DNA of 64,000 nt from Stegostoma tigrinum (lineage: Eukaryota): assembly GCF_030684315.1 (NCBI RefSeq), contig NC_081388.1:8602093-8666092 (forward strand), written 5' to 3'. Below the pieces are notes generated by a model that had not been told where the DNA came from, did not search any database, and saw nothing but the letters and a program-made list of their open reading frames with translations. A program made the position numbers and the translations under genes. Within the stretch, counting starts at the first letter, position 1. The number at the start of each line of letters is the position of its first letter. Below are positions 9,601 to 23,313 of this stretch, piece after piece.

Positions 9601-12600
9601 ACCTTCTTTGTTCTGGTAACAGCCTTTTTCATCCAGGGTTCCCTACTCCTGCTTCCATGCTGTATAACTCCATGACTCTGTGAGTCTGTGAAAGAGCAAA
9701 GTCAATAGCAATTTTTCAGTTAAAAACTGACAGAGCCACAGATGCAGTGAATCAGAAAAAAAAACGGAAATTTCTGGAAAAGTTCACCAGAGCTGGCAGC
9801 ATCTGTGGAGAGAAATCATAGTTACTGTTTCGGGTAGAGAGACCCTTCCTCTGAACAATTCTTCAATAGTGGCCAAGGATATGAACATATTGTGTTCATC
9901 AATAGGACAAACATTGAGGGCAAATTACGATGTTCAGAACAAGCTACTAGTAAACATAGAGAGCGAACTTACTTCAGTACAGATGTATCGGGGTTGGGGG
10001 AGTGGGTAAGTGTGAAGATTAGTTCACACTGATTGAAAGTGACCTGCACATGTTTCCATAGGAACCGCAACTAAATAAAGATGAAGGCACAGAACATGAT
10101 TGTGAAGAGATTACCTGGTCCAAAAACCCAGAATCCTACACATTGTAAAAGAAAATAGCGGCTTCACCAGAGGAGTCCATGATGAAAATTCCACGAGATG
10201 AACGCTCCTGAGATGATGTTATGGGGCAACTACCTTAGTTATCAGGAAAGAGTTCAGCTGCAAAAGAAATTCAGGAGATGAAGAGTTCTCCAGCTAAGGT
10301 GATAGAGTAACGCCCCTGGGGTAGCACGAGTTTCAACCTCAGCTCAAAACACCAGCATTCCCAGCAGTCTGCTGATGTAGAGCTTTAGAATAGGATCGAG
10401 GCCAATAGCCCTCAAGTCAAAGACCCACCAATCTGCCAAGTCTGAAGAGAATGAATTCAGGGAGAATTACAAAACCTCCAGGATGCCATGAAGTTGTAAA
10501 ATCGGAGACTTGGGGGAATGTGGGGTCACGGTTAATTTCACGGTCCATTCAAAATAGGGTAAGGTTTGATGGAGATGTTGTATGAAGTAATAACTTTGAA
10601 CGGTTTAACTCTAGGAAGAGTTTTATCCAATCATGTCTTGAGGATCTTGGAACCCAAAGAGGTTAGAGATCTTAACCTAGATTTCCTCATCATTGTGGGA
10701 GCAACTTGGTAAATTAGGTGGTTTGTGATCACTGTCACTCACTAAATGAGACCTTGTTTTTTCGAAAAAAATGGCCTCTTCTGGTTGAGACTCATTGGTC
10801 ACTTTACTTGCCCACCAGCCGGGTTGGTCACGACGAGAGGCTCGTAGCAATGATGTGCCCTGACCACAATCTGAGGGTGGTAGGCAGGGCAATGTATACA
10901 ACATGTACCATTCGGCCCTGTTTACTTTCAGATTGGTGCAGTCGCAGGATCGCAGTAAAAACAGATTTGAAAGCGTCAAACTTTGAAAGAGTCATTGGAA
11001 GCAGCAAGGCAAAAGGAATCAGGTGAGATATCCACATGCATAAGGCAATGCCAGGGTCCGTGCCAATAGATGAGATGAGCTGACGCACTGAGTGCCAACC
11101 CTGCTCTCAATCCCAAGTCCTCAGTGGCTGGTTACTGGTGCCATCTGATTCCATGAAAAGACATTGCTTTCTGTCGACATTCTTCCTGCTGCTTCCTCAT
11201 CTGCCCAGAACAACAGCTGCCCGGCCAATGTCAAGCCAACAATGGAACAAAGAGCCAAGCTTACTGTGAGCCTTTAAGGGGTGGTGAAGGGCTGGTTACT
11301 GTCCAAACCACCTTAAAGTAAATGCATTCTGATCTTGTCTCTTTTCAAGTTAAGAACGTGCTGAAAGCGATTCGCAGACACTGGGGTGAAAAGTTTGAGG
11401 AGATTGGTAGTTGGGGTTGTGAATGAGGTTGTAGACATGCTGGCCGAGCCGTTGGCTTTGGGTGCAAACATTTCATCGCCCTGGTAGATAATATCATCAG
11501 TGTGCCTCTTGGGAAGCGATGGTGTTCTGTCCCACTTGTTATTTATATGTCTCTGTTTGCTTGAATGGCTGGTATAGCTTCCAGTTCTGTTCCTCAGTGA
11601 TTGAACTGTCCCAATGTACAAACCACTGAGAAACAGAACCGGAGGGAATCCCAACCATTCCAGCAAGCTGAGACACAGAATTAACTAGTAGGACAGAACA
11701 CCATCGCTTCCCCAGAGGTGCACTGACGACGTTACCGAGCAGGGTGATGAAACGTTTGCATCCAAACCTGTTAGCTCAGTGAGCACATCTCCAACCTGAA
11801 TGGGGTGAAATTTGAAGTGTGGCATCTGTGGTAATGTAGGGAAAAGCAGCAGGAAAGATCCCACAGTGGTGCTCACTGAGGGAAAATGAGTGATCAGAAT
11901 GCCAGCAAACATTCACCTGTGCTTCTTTGAACACAGTGCCTGGAGTATATTTAATTTACACGCAAATATGTGAGCGGAATGGTGATGAATTTAACTTTTT
12001 ACCCAACATAATGTAGCTCCAACAGTGCTCGCCCACAAAGAGGTACTGAAGCATGGTGCGAGGTCATAGAAAGTTAGCCCCAGTGGCTTCTCAGAGAAAG
12101 GACGAACACAGTCATACTTCCACACACCCAAAACTAAGAACACCTTTTCCTTTTCCTCCAGACTGAAATGATTGAATAACACGGTCAGAGGACAAGCCCC
12201 ATGCTCAACAGTATTGTTCTTTCTCTGCCTGTGATTGAATGCCGTGGGTAATTACGATGGCCTTGTGGTATTATAGTTGGGCAGTTTAACCAGAGACACA
12301 GGTGATGTTCCGGGGAGCTGGAATTCAAATTCAATGAAAATATCCGGGATTAAACAGTCCAATAACGACAGAGACTGTTACCAATTGTTGGGAGAAAACC
12401 CATCTAGTTCGCCAACATCCTTTACAGAATGAAACTGCCATCCTTGCCTGGACTACAGCTGCCCTCTGGACAATAAACACGCACCTAGCCTGTGCCACCC
12501 TCATCCATGAGGAAATTATTTTAAATATTGTTTGACAATGATTGGTGCACTGCTTGATGTAAATCAAAACAGGATTACTGAAACTCTCCAAGGCACTGAA

Positions 12601-13831
12601 CATCCCAGAACATTTGTGTGAAGGTATTACAGGAGGAGAACACATTATAGAGAAACACACCACCCATCGTAATGAAGTGTTTAAACAGCTAAAGCTTACA
12701 AAGGTGCTTGGGCAGTAACTCTCAGATGTGTGTTGTGGCCATCTTTATAATTAGGTCATCAGCAACTGGGTATTGTTTTTGGAGCAGAAGGGATGACACT
12801 TGATTATTGTTCACCTTCAGGCCCCAGTTGTTAATGAGGGCCTGAAGTGTGGAGGAGTCTTAAGGCCTGTACATTCCAAAACAGGGCCCCCAACCTGCAT
12901 TCACATTCAGCTGCAATTTGTACAGTAGATGCTTGACTCAGTTGAGTCAGGACTATCTGACCTCAGACCAAAACCCCAGGGAAGAAAGCCCAGTGGAGAA
13001 AAAGACAAAACTAACATTTCGAAGAGAAGGTGGACATTGGACTGAGATTCTTTCTGAAGAATTCAATACGAGACAGAGCAATGTGTCTCAGGCACCAGTT
13101 TGATTTACCCCATAGAATTCTCACATTATGGAAGCAGTGCAATTGCCCCATTGAGTCCACACAGCTGCCCCAACCCCTCTGAAGAGGGGCCTGACCAGGC
13201 CCATGCCCTTTAACCCTACATCCCCCATATCTAACCCACAGGGCCTACATATCCCTGTACTCTGGTGCACTTTCCCCATGGCCAATTCACTGTGACTGGC
13301 ACCCCTTTGGGCTGTGAGGAAAAGATACCTGAGCACTCCCAGTCACAGCAATAATGTGCAACAACCAGCAGGCAGAATGTACTCAGGCTCCTGGTGTTGC
13401 GTTGCAACAGTGTAAGCCACTAAGCCTCGATGCCACCCCTGCCTAGCATCTAAGTAAAGAGGCAGGGATACAGCATGGAAGGCCAGTCTGATCAATGTTT
13501 CTTACGCTGAACACCCAGGTGTCCTTATTCGCAAAGGACCAGATGTAATTGGAGCAAACTCAGGACAGTTCACACCAGTGTTCCTATTATAGAGGGAATG
13601 GTGTGAATAGTGATCTCAGATGTGGAAGTCCCATTTTGTGTTGCCAACAAGACCCTGTAGTCACTGTACTGTTTAGGCATCACTGCTTGCATTCAGTAAA
13701 AATAGCAGCCAGAAAAGCTTTCTGGGGGTTCATAGCATAACCCCAGGGATAACAACTCACGTGAGGATGCAAAAACAAACTAGGTGCAAGAAACAAGAGA
13801 CAAGGAGTCACTCTTTTATTGGACTATTCCA

Positions 13832-16687
13832 TCAATAGCTGAGTGGAGTTCGCTGGTGCTTCCTGTACAGGAACAAGGCCATCAACAAAGCAGAGATCAG
13901 GGAGACAGCTGTCACTGTCAGGGACAGCATCACAACCAGCTCAGACTGCACACCTACACAACAAGGAAATACCAATGGTTACTGAGGGAAACTGGGACAA
14001 AGAGGCAAACTAGCAGTCAGGCAACTCACCGCCTGGAGACATCTCCTGATTCCTTTGCTCAACCTCAGTCAGGGGCTCAGTCGCCAGGCTGGTCAGCTCA
14101 GGATCCAGAATGAGCAGGGGGCCAACTGAGGACTCACCCTCCCACTTCAATCCAGCTTCACTCTCTGCAGGAGAGAGAGCAGTACGGTTAGGTTCAGGAA
14201 GGGGTGTATAGCCCGAACATCTCGTGGGTCAGTGACTTACCAGCTTCAGCTCCAAGGTCTCTCCTTCCTCTGAAGGGAAGGATGATGTCCCGTGTGCTAC
14301 CACAGTTCCCCACATGGCAACAGGCACAAATGTCACTGCTTGATTCCTCTAGTGGGGTCCAGCTAAACAGGAAAAAAAGCTCATGAACCACGTGGGGCAT
14401 CACCTCACCAACAACATCACTAAGGGACAGTGAGTGGGGTCAGAGGGTAGGTCAGAAACCACTCACATCTTGTGCAGCTTCTGGAAAGTACAAGCTTTGT
14501 TCCTGGAATCTCCCTGATCTACTGCAGCAACTTTCAGGTGACAAGTGATGAAAATCTGAGGGACACATTCAGCACAAGTCAGTTTGTCTTCTCCCCAATG
14601 GGTGGGAGTGACTAATCAGCAGCTTCCTCTTACCAAGGATTGTTCATCTCCATAGAAGCGGAAAGCATCCAGGTCAAACCTGAGCTTGTCCGGCTCCCGC
14701 TGGTCTCTCGGCAACACAAAGGTTGAAAAGGAGTCCTCAGCTTTGCTGTCTACGAGGCAACTGCAGGTGAACAAAGGGCAATGAAGTGAACGGAGTGAAG
14801 CCATTGAGATGGAAGCAGCTGGAGAAAGCAGAGACATCCTCACCCATTGTAGTCAATGATGCTGTATCTGGGGCTGGAGTCCTTGCCTGGGCTCAGTGTA
14901 GCTACACAGCGGTCAATGTACAGCTTCAGGGGCAAGTGGTTGTCCATTGAAACAGATGCCTCAATGTGAATGAGGTCTCCCAGGGAGGAGACAGTGGAAG
15001 TGCGCTCTGTAAGCCAGTCACCTGAAGTACAAGAGGACAAGGGTTACAGATAGTAGGTGCAGCTCCCAGTGAGTGACACCAGGAGATCCCTCCCCAGCCA
15101 GCCCTCACATACCATTCATTAGATGCAGGGAGAATGACAGATGCCCTTCTCCAGACCTGGTGGAGCTGAATGGGATCCAGGTGGGCTTGATGGGGTCACT
15201 GCTCACGTTGCCCGTCCTGGGGAGAGACAGTGCAGCCATTTTAGTCTAGTGTCAGGTGACAGCTACAGATGATGTTGACAATCTAGCAAAGGCTCACCTC
15301 AAATAACGACACACAATGGGAATGACAGCTCGATTGGTTCTCACAATGACAGACCCAGGATAGTTTGGGATGTGGGTCAGGTGGGTGGTGTAGATCAGGA
15401 AGTCTCCAGTCATCTGAAAGACAGCAGATGAAGGAATGGGGAACCAATTTGAAATGAAGGTTCTATGCAACATAAGGACATCATCCCATTCCCACAATTA
15501 CTTAGGGAGTTGACAGGCTCAGTGCCAGCCTCTTGTTTGCTCACAAGCAGTGACACCAGTTTTACAGGCAATACATCATAGCTCAGAGGTTCATCATTTT
15601 GGACCAATTTGACAAGGGAGTGCATCAAACAATTGATCAGCAATGATCAGATAGGGAATGCATTTACAGTGGAAATACAGAGTTGTTGAAACAGATGGAT
15701 GGTTTTTGTAGAAACTAGCAATAGAAATCACTGAGGGAACAGTAACGTGACCCCGATTCTCTCAGACATTTTGGTTTCCTCAGTCATCAGCAAACCTAAC
15801 ATTTGAGCATATTGAGGACAAGGCTAAACTATTCAGCAAAGTGATTCAATAAAGTCAGTTTCAGTAAACAGACCAGGGGATAATCTAATAATGCAGAAAC
15901 AGAGCATATATCCCACAAGCCCAGTTGTTCCAAAGGAAAGGAAAGTGGGAATTTGGAGCCCTTCAAGAACAAGGCAGCTCAATGGTAATGTTGTTTTTAG
16001 CAGTGTCACCCTCAAGGGATGAGAATGACAGTAGAGCTAACTAAGGAGAAACACGACTCAAACATTGAAAGCTAATCATATCCATGAGAATCAGAAATAA
16101 TCTCAATGCCATAGGGACAACAGAGGGGTTTGGGGCCCACAGAACCACTGCAGCCACAGTCAAATCTAGAAGAGACTGTCTCAGTTTGAGAACAAGAGAA
16201 AGTAGACACCAATAACCACAGCATCGGAGCCAGCATTACAGCAAGGAACACTGTATAGACCAAGCTTCCCGCAACTATGGAGGACTCCCATTACCTGCAA
16301 TCTGCTGCCACACTCATGCAGGCCATAGTCAAAGAGGACAGTGTGGTTCTCAGGGTAGACCCTGGTTGGCTGACAGCCTGCTGTCCCCAGGGTCAGGTCA
16401 GCAGCATTAATTAGGTGCCTGGTTCCAAATAAATCCAACTGGGCCCTGACCTGCAGCTTCTGCTCTCCACACTGCACCATCACAGTCTGCAGTGGGGACA
16501 CACTCCCACCCTCAGACATTCTGAAACTGGAACCAATGGGACCCCCATGAGGAGGGACTCCCTCAGGTACAGGGGTGGCTCTCACTCTTCTCCATGGAAT
16601 CCTCAGGTTCAGTTGCTGAGTTTCCAAGCAACAAACAGCTCCAAATAACAACACAGGGAATAAACCCCTCACTACAAAATCCCCCAT
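13832..16687 (-). CDS. zp3: ZP3-like, copy 2 (type B), about 461 aa, open frame
   Basis: Same 9-exon layout as copy 1: exon 1 16687-16295, exon 2 15413-15298, stop TGA 13834-13832. Intron 1 and the N-terminus diverge from copy 1. No stop or frameshift seen by eye. Confidence 0.9.
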
Positions 16688-16709
16688 GATCACAAACACT
16701 TCAACCATC

Positions 16710-16915
16710 CCCTACCCAGCTCCTTTTATACACACAACCTGCACTCACCTGACACCAATCAGACCAGAAGCAGCAACAATGAACCAATGATCCAGCCCCA
16801 ATCTCTGCAAATTCCACCAATGTCTACATCCATTGGCTTCTTACCAGAAGGGCCCATTTCATTTGGACCAATAGGAATGGCTGGGAGTTGCCATGCTGTC
16901 ACCTGACTGCATTCA
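16710..16915 (-). promoter_or_regulatory. ZP3 copy 2 proximal promoter
   Basis: TATAAAA at 16730-16724 followed by the same CCAAT/E-box block as copy 1. Confidence 0.65.
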
Positions 16916-17849
16916 GCTCCACAAGTTCTCATGGAGATGACACCCTGAGTACAATAGAGTCACAGAGTCTTCTGGCTTCGAGACAGGTCCTTTGGCCCGG
17001 AATGACGCACGCTGACCAAAATGCCTATCCGTGCTAAAATCATTTCCTTGCACCAGGACCCTGTCCTTCTAAACCTTTCCCATCCATGTATTTGTCCCAA
17101 GGCCAATTAAATGTTGTTAATGTAGCTCCTCAAGCACTTCTGTTGGCCCCTTACTCCATGTGTGTACCACTCTCAGGGTGACCAGGTTTCCATGTATTTA
17201 CAAGACTCTCATGAGCTTATACACTTCGAGGAGATCTCCTCTCAGTCTCCTACACTCTAAAGAAATTAGCCTGAGCTTGTCCAACCTCTACCTCTATCTC
17301 AGGGCAACTGTTTCATCTTTTCCAATTTAATAGGATTGTTCCTGTAACAAGGTGACCAAATCTGAACACAATACTGCAAGAGGAGATACAGAGCCTGTTT
17401 TGTGGAGGATCTGCACTTGACTTGCAACAAACTACTTGCCACAAACTGGACGAGAAGCACCTCATGTCCTGCCTCAGGAGCTGACAGCCCAATGGCCTAA
17501 ACGTGGATTTTACCAGTTTTAAAATCTCCCCTTGCCCGGCCTCATCTCGTGATCAACCCTACCTCTCATCCCTACCTCCTTGACCTGATACAACCTGTCC
17601 ACCTTCTCTCCCACCTATCTGCACCTCCCACCTCACTGACTAATCCCCACCACCCCTACCTGCACTCACCTGTCACCATCCCATCTACCTTCCCCAGTTC
17701 AACCCCTCGTCTTTCTATTAACTTCTGAGCTTCCTTCCCCTTCTCCAATTTCTGAAGAAGAGTCCCGACCTGAAACATCAACTTTCCTGCTCCCCACATG
17801 CTGCCTGGCCTGCTGTGTTCATCCACACTTTGTTAGGCTGATACGCAAA

Positions 17850-19070
17850 ATGTGTCGTCCTCATCTGCAACACAACTTCCCACCTTCGATACTCAATGCA
17901 CACATAGACGAAAGCCAGTTTGTCAAACGCCATCTTCACTGCCCTGTCTAGCCGTCACTCAGCTGTCAGAGAATTGTGCGCCTGAACTCCAATGTCCCTC
18001 TGTTCCACTACACTCCTTACAGCCGTACCGTTCACCCTGAAATTCCCACCTTGATTTCGCTTTCCACAATGCAACACCTCACACTTATCTAGAATCAAAT
18101 CCATTTGCCATTTATCGGCCCACTTCCACAGCTGATCAACATCATGTTGCAAATTCTGAAAACTTTCCTCACTATCCACAATACTATCTATTTCAGTGTC
18201 ATCTGCCAACTGACTAATCATGCCTTGTACACCCTCATCTACAGCATTGATATAGATAACAAACAGCAATAGGCCCAGCACTGACCCCTGAGGCACACCA
18301 CGAGTCACAGGCCTCCACTCCGACAAGCATCCTTTCACTATTACTCTCTGCTTCCACCCATCAAGCCAATTATGTATCTCGTTTACTGGATTCTATTCAA
18401 GCTAACCTTCCAGAGCTGCCTAAAACATGGAAACTTATCAAAGGCCTCACTGAAATCCATACGGACGACGCCTCCTGTGCTGCCATCACACTTCCTGAAC
18501 ATTTCATCAAAGAACTCTGACAACTTTGTTTGGCATCATCTCTAATGCACAAAGCCACACTGACTACTCCTAATCAAACCCTGTCTTTTCATATGCATGC
18601 ATATCTTATCCCTCAGAATCTTCTCAAGTAACATGCCTATCACACACGTTATGCTTACAAGTCTATAATTCCCAGATTTCTCTTCTCAGCACTTCCAATA
18701 CTTCCAACACCTCCTCCACTGTGACATGGACTGTCACCAAGATATCACCACTGACTTCCCAAAGTTGCCATGTCTTCATGTCATTATCCACAGTTCACAA
18801 AGAGGCAAACTATTCATTGAGAACCTCATTCATCTCCTGCAGTTCCACACATGCATGTCCACTCTGGCCATTCAGAGTTCCTATTCTCTCTCCAGTTATT
18901 TTTATGGCTTTAACATACGGAAAGAATCTATTTGGATTCGCCCTGACATTTTCAGTCAAAGCTGACTCATGCCCCTCTTGAGACATCCTGATTTCCTTCT
19001 TCAGTTAAATCCTGTAACCCCTCTCTACCTCCATGCCTTCCCTTGATCCCAGTTGCCTGTACCTGATCAA
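17850..19070 (-). mobile_element. CR1-like LINE reverse transcriptase fragment
   Basis: ORF 17955-18338 contains WRPVTRGVPQGSVLG...FVIYIN...LADDT...WADKWQM...DKCEVLH, typical CR1 RT motifs; flanks are disrupted. Confidence 0.9.
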
Positions 19071-22000
19071 TCCCACCTTCTTTGTTCTGGTAACAGCCTT
19101 TTTCATCCAGGGTTCCCTACTCCTGCTTCCATGCTGTATAACTCCATGACTCTGACAGTCTGTGAAAGAGCAAAGTCAATAACAATTTTTCAGTTAAAAA
19201 CTGACAGAGCCACAGGTGCAGTGAATCAGAAACAAAAACAGAAATTTCTGGAAAAGCTCACCAGAGCTGGCAGCATCTGTGGGGAGAAATCACAGTTACT
19301 GTTTCGGGTAGAGAGACCCTTCCTCTGAACAATTCTTCAACAGTGACCAAGGATATGAACATATTGTGTTCATCAATAGGACAAACATTGAGGGCAAATT
19401 AAGATGTTCAGAACAAGCTATTAGTTAACATAGAGAGCGGACTTGCTTCAGTACAGATGTATCGGGGTTGGGGGAGTGGGTAAGTGTAAAGATTAGTTCA
19501 CACTGATTGAAAGTGACCTGCACATGTTTCCATAGGAACCGCAACTAAATAAAGATGAAGACACAGAACATGATTGTGAAGAGATTACCTGGTCCATAAA
19601 CCCAGAATCCTAGACATTGTAAAAGAAAATAGAGGCTTCACCAGAGGAGTCCATGATGAAAATTCCACGAGATGAACGTTCCTGAGATGATGTTACGGGG
19701 CAACTACCTTAGTTATCAGGAAAGAGTTCAGCTGCAAAAGAAATTCAGGAGATGAAGAGTTCTCCAGCTAAGGTGATAGAGTAACGCCCCTGGGGTAGCA
19801 CGAGTTTCAACCTCAGCTCAAAACACCAGCATTTCAAGCAGTCTGCTGATGTAGAGCTTTAGAATAGGATCGAGGCCAATAGCCCTCAAGTCAAAGACCC
19901 ACCAATCTGCCAAGTCTGAAGAGAATGAATTCAGGGAGAATTACAAAACCTCCAGGATGCCATGAAGTTGTAAAATCGGAGACTTGGGGGAATGTGGGGT
20001 CACGGTTAATTTAATGGTCCGTGCAAAATAGGGTAAGGTTTGATGGAGATGCTGTATGAAGTAATAATTTTGAACGGTTTAACTCTAGGAAGAGTTTTAT
20101 CCAATCATGTCTTGAGGATCTTGGAACCCAAAGAGGTTAGAGATCTTAACCTAGATTTCCTCATCATTGTGGGAGCAACTTGGTAAATTAGGTGGTTTGC
20201 GATCACTGTCACTCACTAAATGAGACCTTGTTTTTTCGAAAAAAATGGCCTCTTCTGGTTGAGACTCATTGGTCACTTTACTTGCCCACCAGCCGGGTTG
20301 GTCACGACGAGAGGCTCGTAGCAATGAAGTGCCCTGACCACAATCTGAGGGTGGTAGGCAGGGCAATGTATACAACATGTACCATTCGGCCCTGTTTACT
20401 TTCAGATTGGTGCAGTCGCAGGATCGCAGTAAAAACAGATTTGAAAGCGTCAAACTTTGAAAGAGTCATTGGAAGCAGCAAGGCAAAAGGAATCAGGTGA
20501 GATATCCACATGCATAAGGCAATGCCAGGGTCCGTGCCAATAGATGAGATGAGCTGACGCACTGAGTGCCAACCCTGCTCTCAATCCCAAGTCCTCAGTG
20601 GCTGGTTACTGGTGCCATCTGATTCCATGAAAAGACATTGCTTTCTGTCTACATTCTTCCTGAAGCTTCCTCATCTACCCAGAACAACAGCTGCCCGGAC
20701 AATGTCAAGCCAACAATGTAACAAAGAGCCAAGCTTACTGTGAGCCTTTAAGGGGTGGTGAAGGACTGGTTACTGTCCAAACTACCTTAAAGTAAATGCA
20801 TTCTGATCGTGTCTCTTTTCAAGTTAGGAACGTGCTGAAAGCGATTCGCAGACACTGGGGTGAAAAGTTTGAGGAGATTGGTAGTTGGGGTTGTGAATGA
20901 GGTAGTAGACATGCTGGCCGAGCCGTTGGCTTTGGGTGCAAACATTTCATCGCCCTGGTAGATAACATCATCAGTGTGCCTCTGGGGAAGCGATGGTGTT
21001 CTGTCCCACTTGTTATTTATATGTCTCTGTTTGCTTGAATGGCTGGTATAGCTTCCAGTTCTGTTCCTCAGTGATTGAACTGTCCCAATATACAAACCAC
21101 TGAGAAACAGAACCGGAGGGAATCCCAACCATTCCAGCAAGCTGAGACACAGAATTAACTAGTAGGGCAGAACACCATCGCTTCCCCAGAGGTGCACTGA
21201 CGACGTTACCGAGCAGGGTGATGAAACGTTTGCATCCAAACCTGTTCGCTCAGTGAGCACATCTCCAACCTGAATGGGGTGAAATTTGAAGTGTGGCATC
21301 TGTGGTAATGTAGGGAGAAGCAGCAGGAAAGCTGGGCACAGCAAGATCCCACAGGGGTGCTCACTGAGGGAAAATGACTGATCAGAATGCCAGCAAACAT
21401 TCACCTGTGCTTCTTTGAACACAGTGCCTGGAGTATATTTAATTTACAAGCAAATATGTGAGTGGAATGGTGATGAATTTAACTTTTTACCCAACATAAC
21501 GTAGCTCCAACAGTGCTTGCCCACAAAGAGGTACTGAAGCATGGTGCGAGATCATAGAAAGTTAGCCCCAGTGGCTTCTCAGAGAAAGGATGAACACAGT
21601 AATACTTCCACACACCCAAAACTAAGTGCTCAGATGCACAGAACACCCTTTCGTTTTCCTCCAGACTGAAATGATTGAATAACACTGTCAGAGGACAAGC
21701 TCCAAGCTCAACAATATTGTTCTTTCTCTGCCTGTGATTGAATGCCGTGGGTAATTACGATGGCCTTGTGGTATTATAGTTAAACGAGAGACACAACAGG
21801 TGATTTTCTGAGGAGCTGGAGTCAAATCCCACCACAGCAGATGCTGGAATGCAAATTCATTGAAAATATCAGTGATTAACCTGTCCAATAATGACAGAGT
21901 CTGTAACCAATTGTTGGGAGAAAACCCAACTAGTTCACCAACATCCTTTACTGAAGGAAACTGCCATCCTTGCCTGGACTACAGCTGCCCTCTGGACAAT

Positions 22001-23313
22001 AAACACGCACCTAGCCTGTGCCACCCTCATCCATGAGGAAATTATTTTAAAAATTGTTTGACAATGGATGGTGCCCAGCTTGATGTAAATCAAAACAGGA
22101 TTACTGAAACGCTCCAGGGCACTAAACATCTTAGAACATTTGTGTGAAGATATTACAGGAGGAGAACACATTATAGAGAAACACACCACCACAGTAATGG
22201 AGTTTTTAAACAGCTAAAGCTCACAAAGGTGCTTGGGCAGTAACTGTCAAATGTGTGTTGTGGCTATCTTTGTAATTAGGTCATCAGCAACTGGGTGTAG
22301 TTTTTGGAGCAGAAGGGATGACACTTGATTATTGTTCACCTTCAGGCCCCAGTTGTTAACGAGGGCCTGAAGGCATCTCCAGGCCTCTACTTTCCAAAAC
22401 AGGGCCCCCATCCTGCACTCACATGCAGATGCGATTTTCAGAGTAGATGCTTGAGTCAGGACTATCTGATATCAGACCAAAACTCCCAGGAGAAAGCCCA
22501 GCGGAGAGAAAAAAACAAGCATTTAGAAGAGAAGGCGGATATTGAACTGAGATTTTTTTTGAATATTAACAAGATAGAGCCAGAGCAATGTGTGGCATGC
22601 ACCAGTGGGATTTACCCCTTAGAATTCTCACCAGTATGTAAGCAGCCCAATTGTCCCCTTTAGTCCACACTGCTACCCCAAACATTCCGAAGAACAGCCC
22701 AACACCCTTTAACCCTACGTCCCCCCATCTCTGACCCAGAGTGCATATACATCCCTGTACTCTGGTACACTTTCCCCACGGCAAATTCACCAGGACTGGC
22801 GCAAAACACCTGAGCACTAAACCCAGTCACAGGGTGAGTGTGCAACCACCAGCAGGCAGATTGAACTCCGGTTCCTGGTGTGGCATTGCAGCAGTGTAAA
22901 CCACTAAGCCTCCATGCCACCCATGCCCAGTAGCCAGGTAAAGAGGCACAGATACAGCATGGAGGGTGAGTCTGATCCATGTTTCTTACTCTGAAGACCC
23001 AGGCATCCTTATTCACAAAGGACCAGATGTAATGGGAGCAAACCCAGGACAGTTCACACCAGTGTTCCTATTATAGAGGGAAATGGTCTGAACAGTGCTC
23101 TCAGGCGTGGAAGTCCCATTTGGTGTTGCCAACAAGACCCTGTGGTCACTGCAAGCAGTGAAGCCTAAGCAGTACATTCAATAAAAATGGATTTAGAAGG
23201 TTTTCTGGGGGGTTCATAGCATAACCCCAGGGGTATCGACTCATGATGATGCAGAGACAAACTAGACACAAGAAACAAGAGACAAGGAGTCACTGCTTTA
23301 TTGGACTATTCCA

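Noticed and set aside
17955-18338. Active or domesticated reverse transcriptase
   Set aside because: It is only a 127 aa fragment with stops and deletions on both sides, and it is internally deleted in the other unit types.
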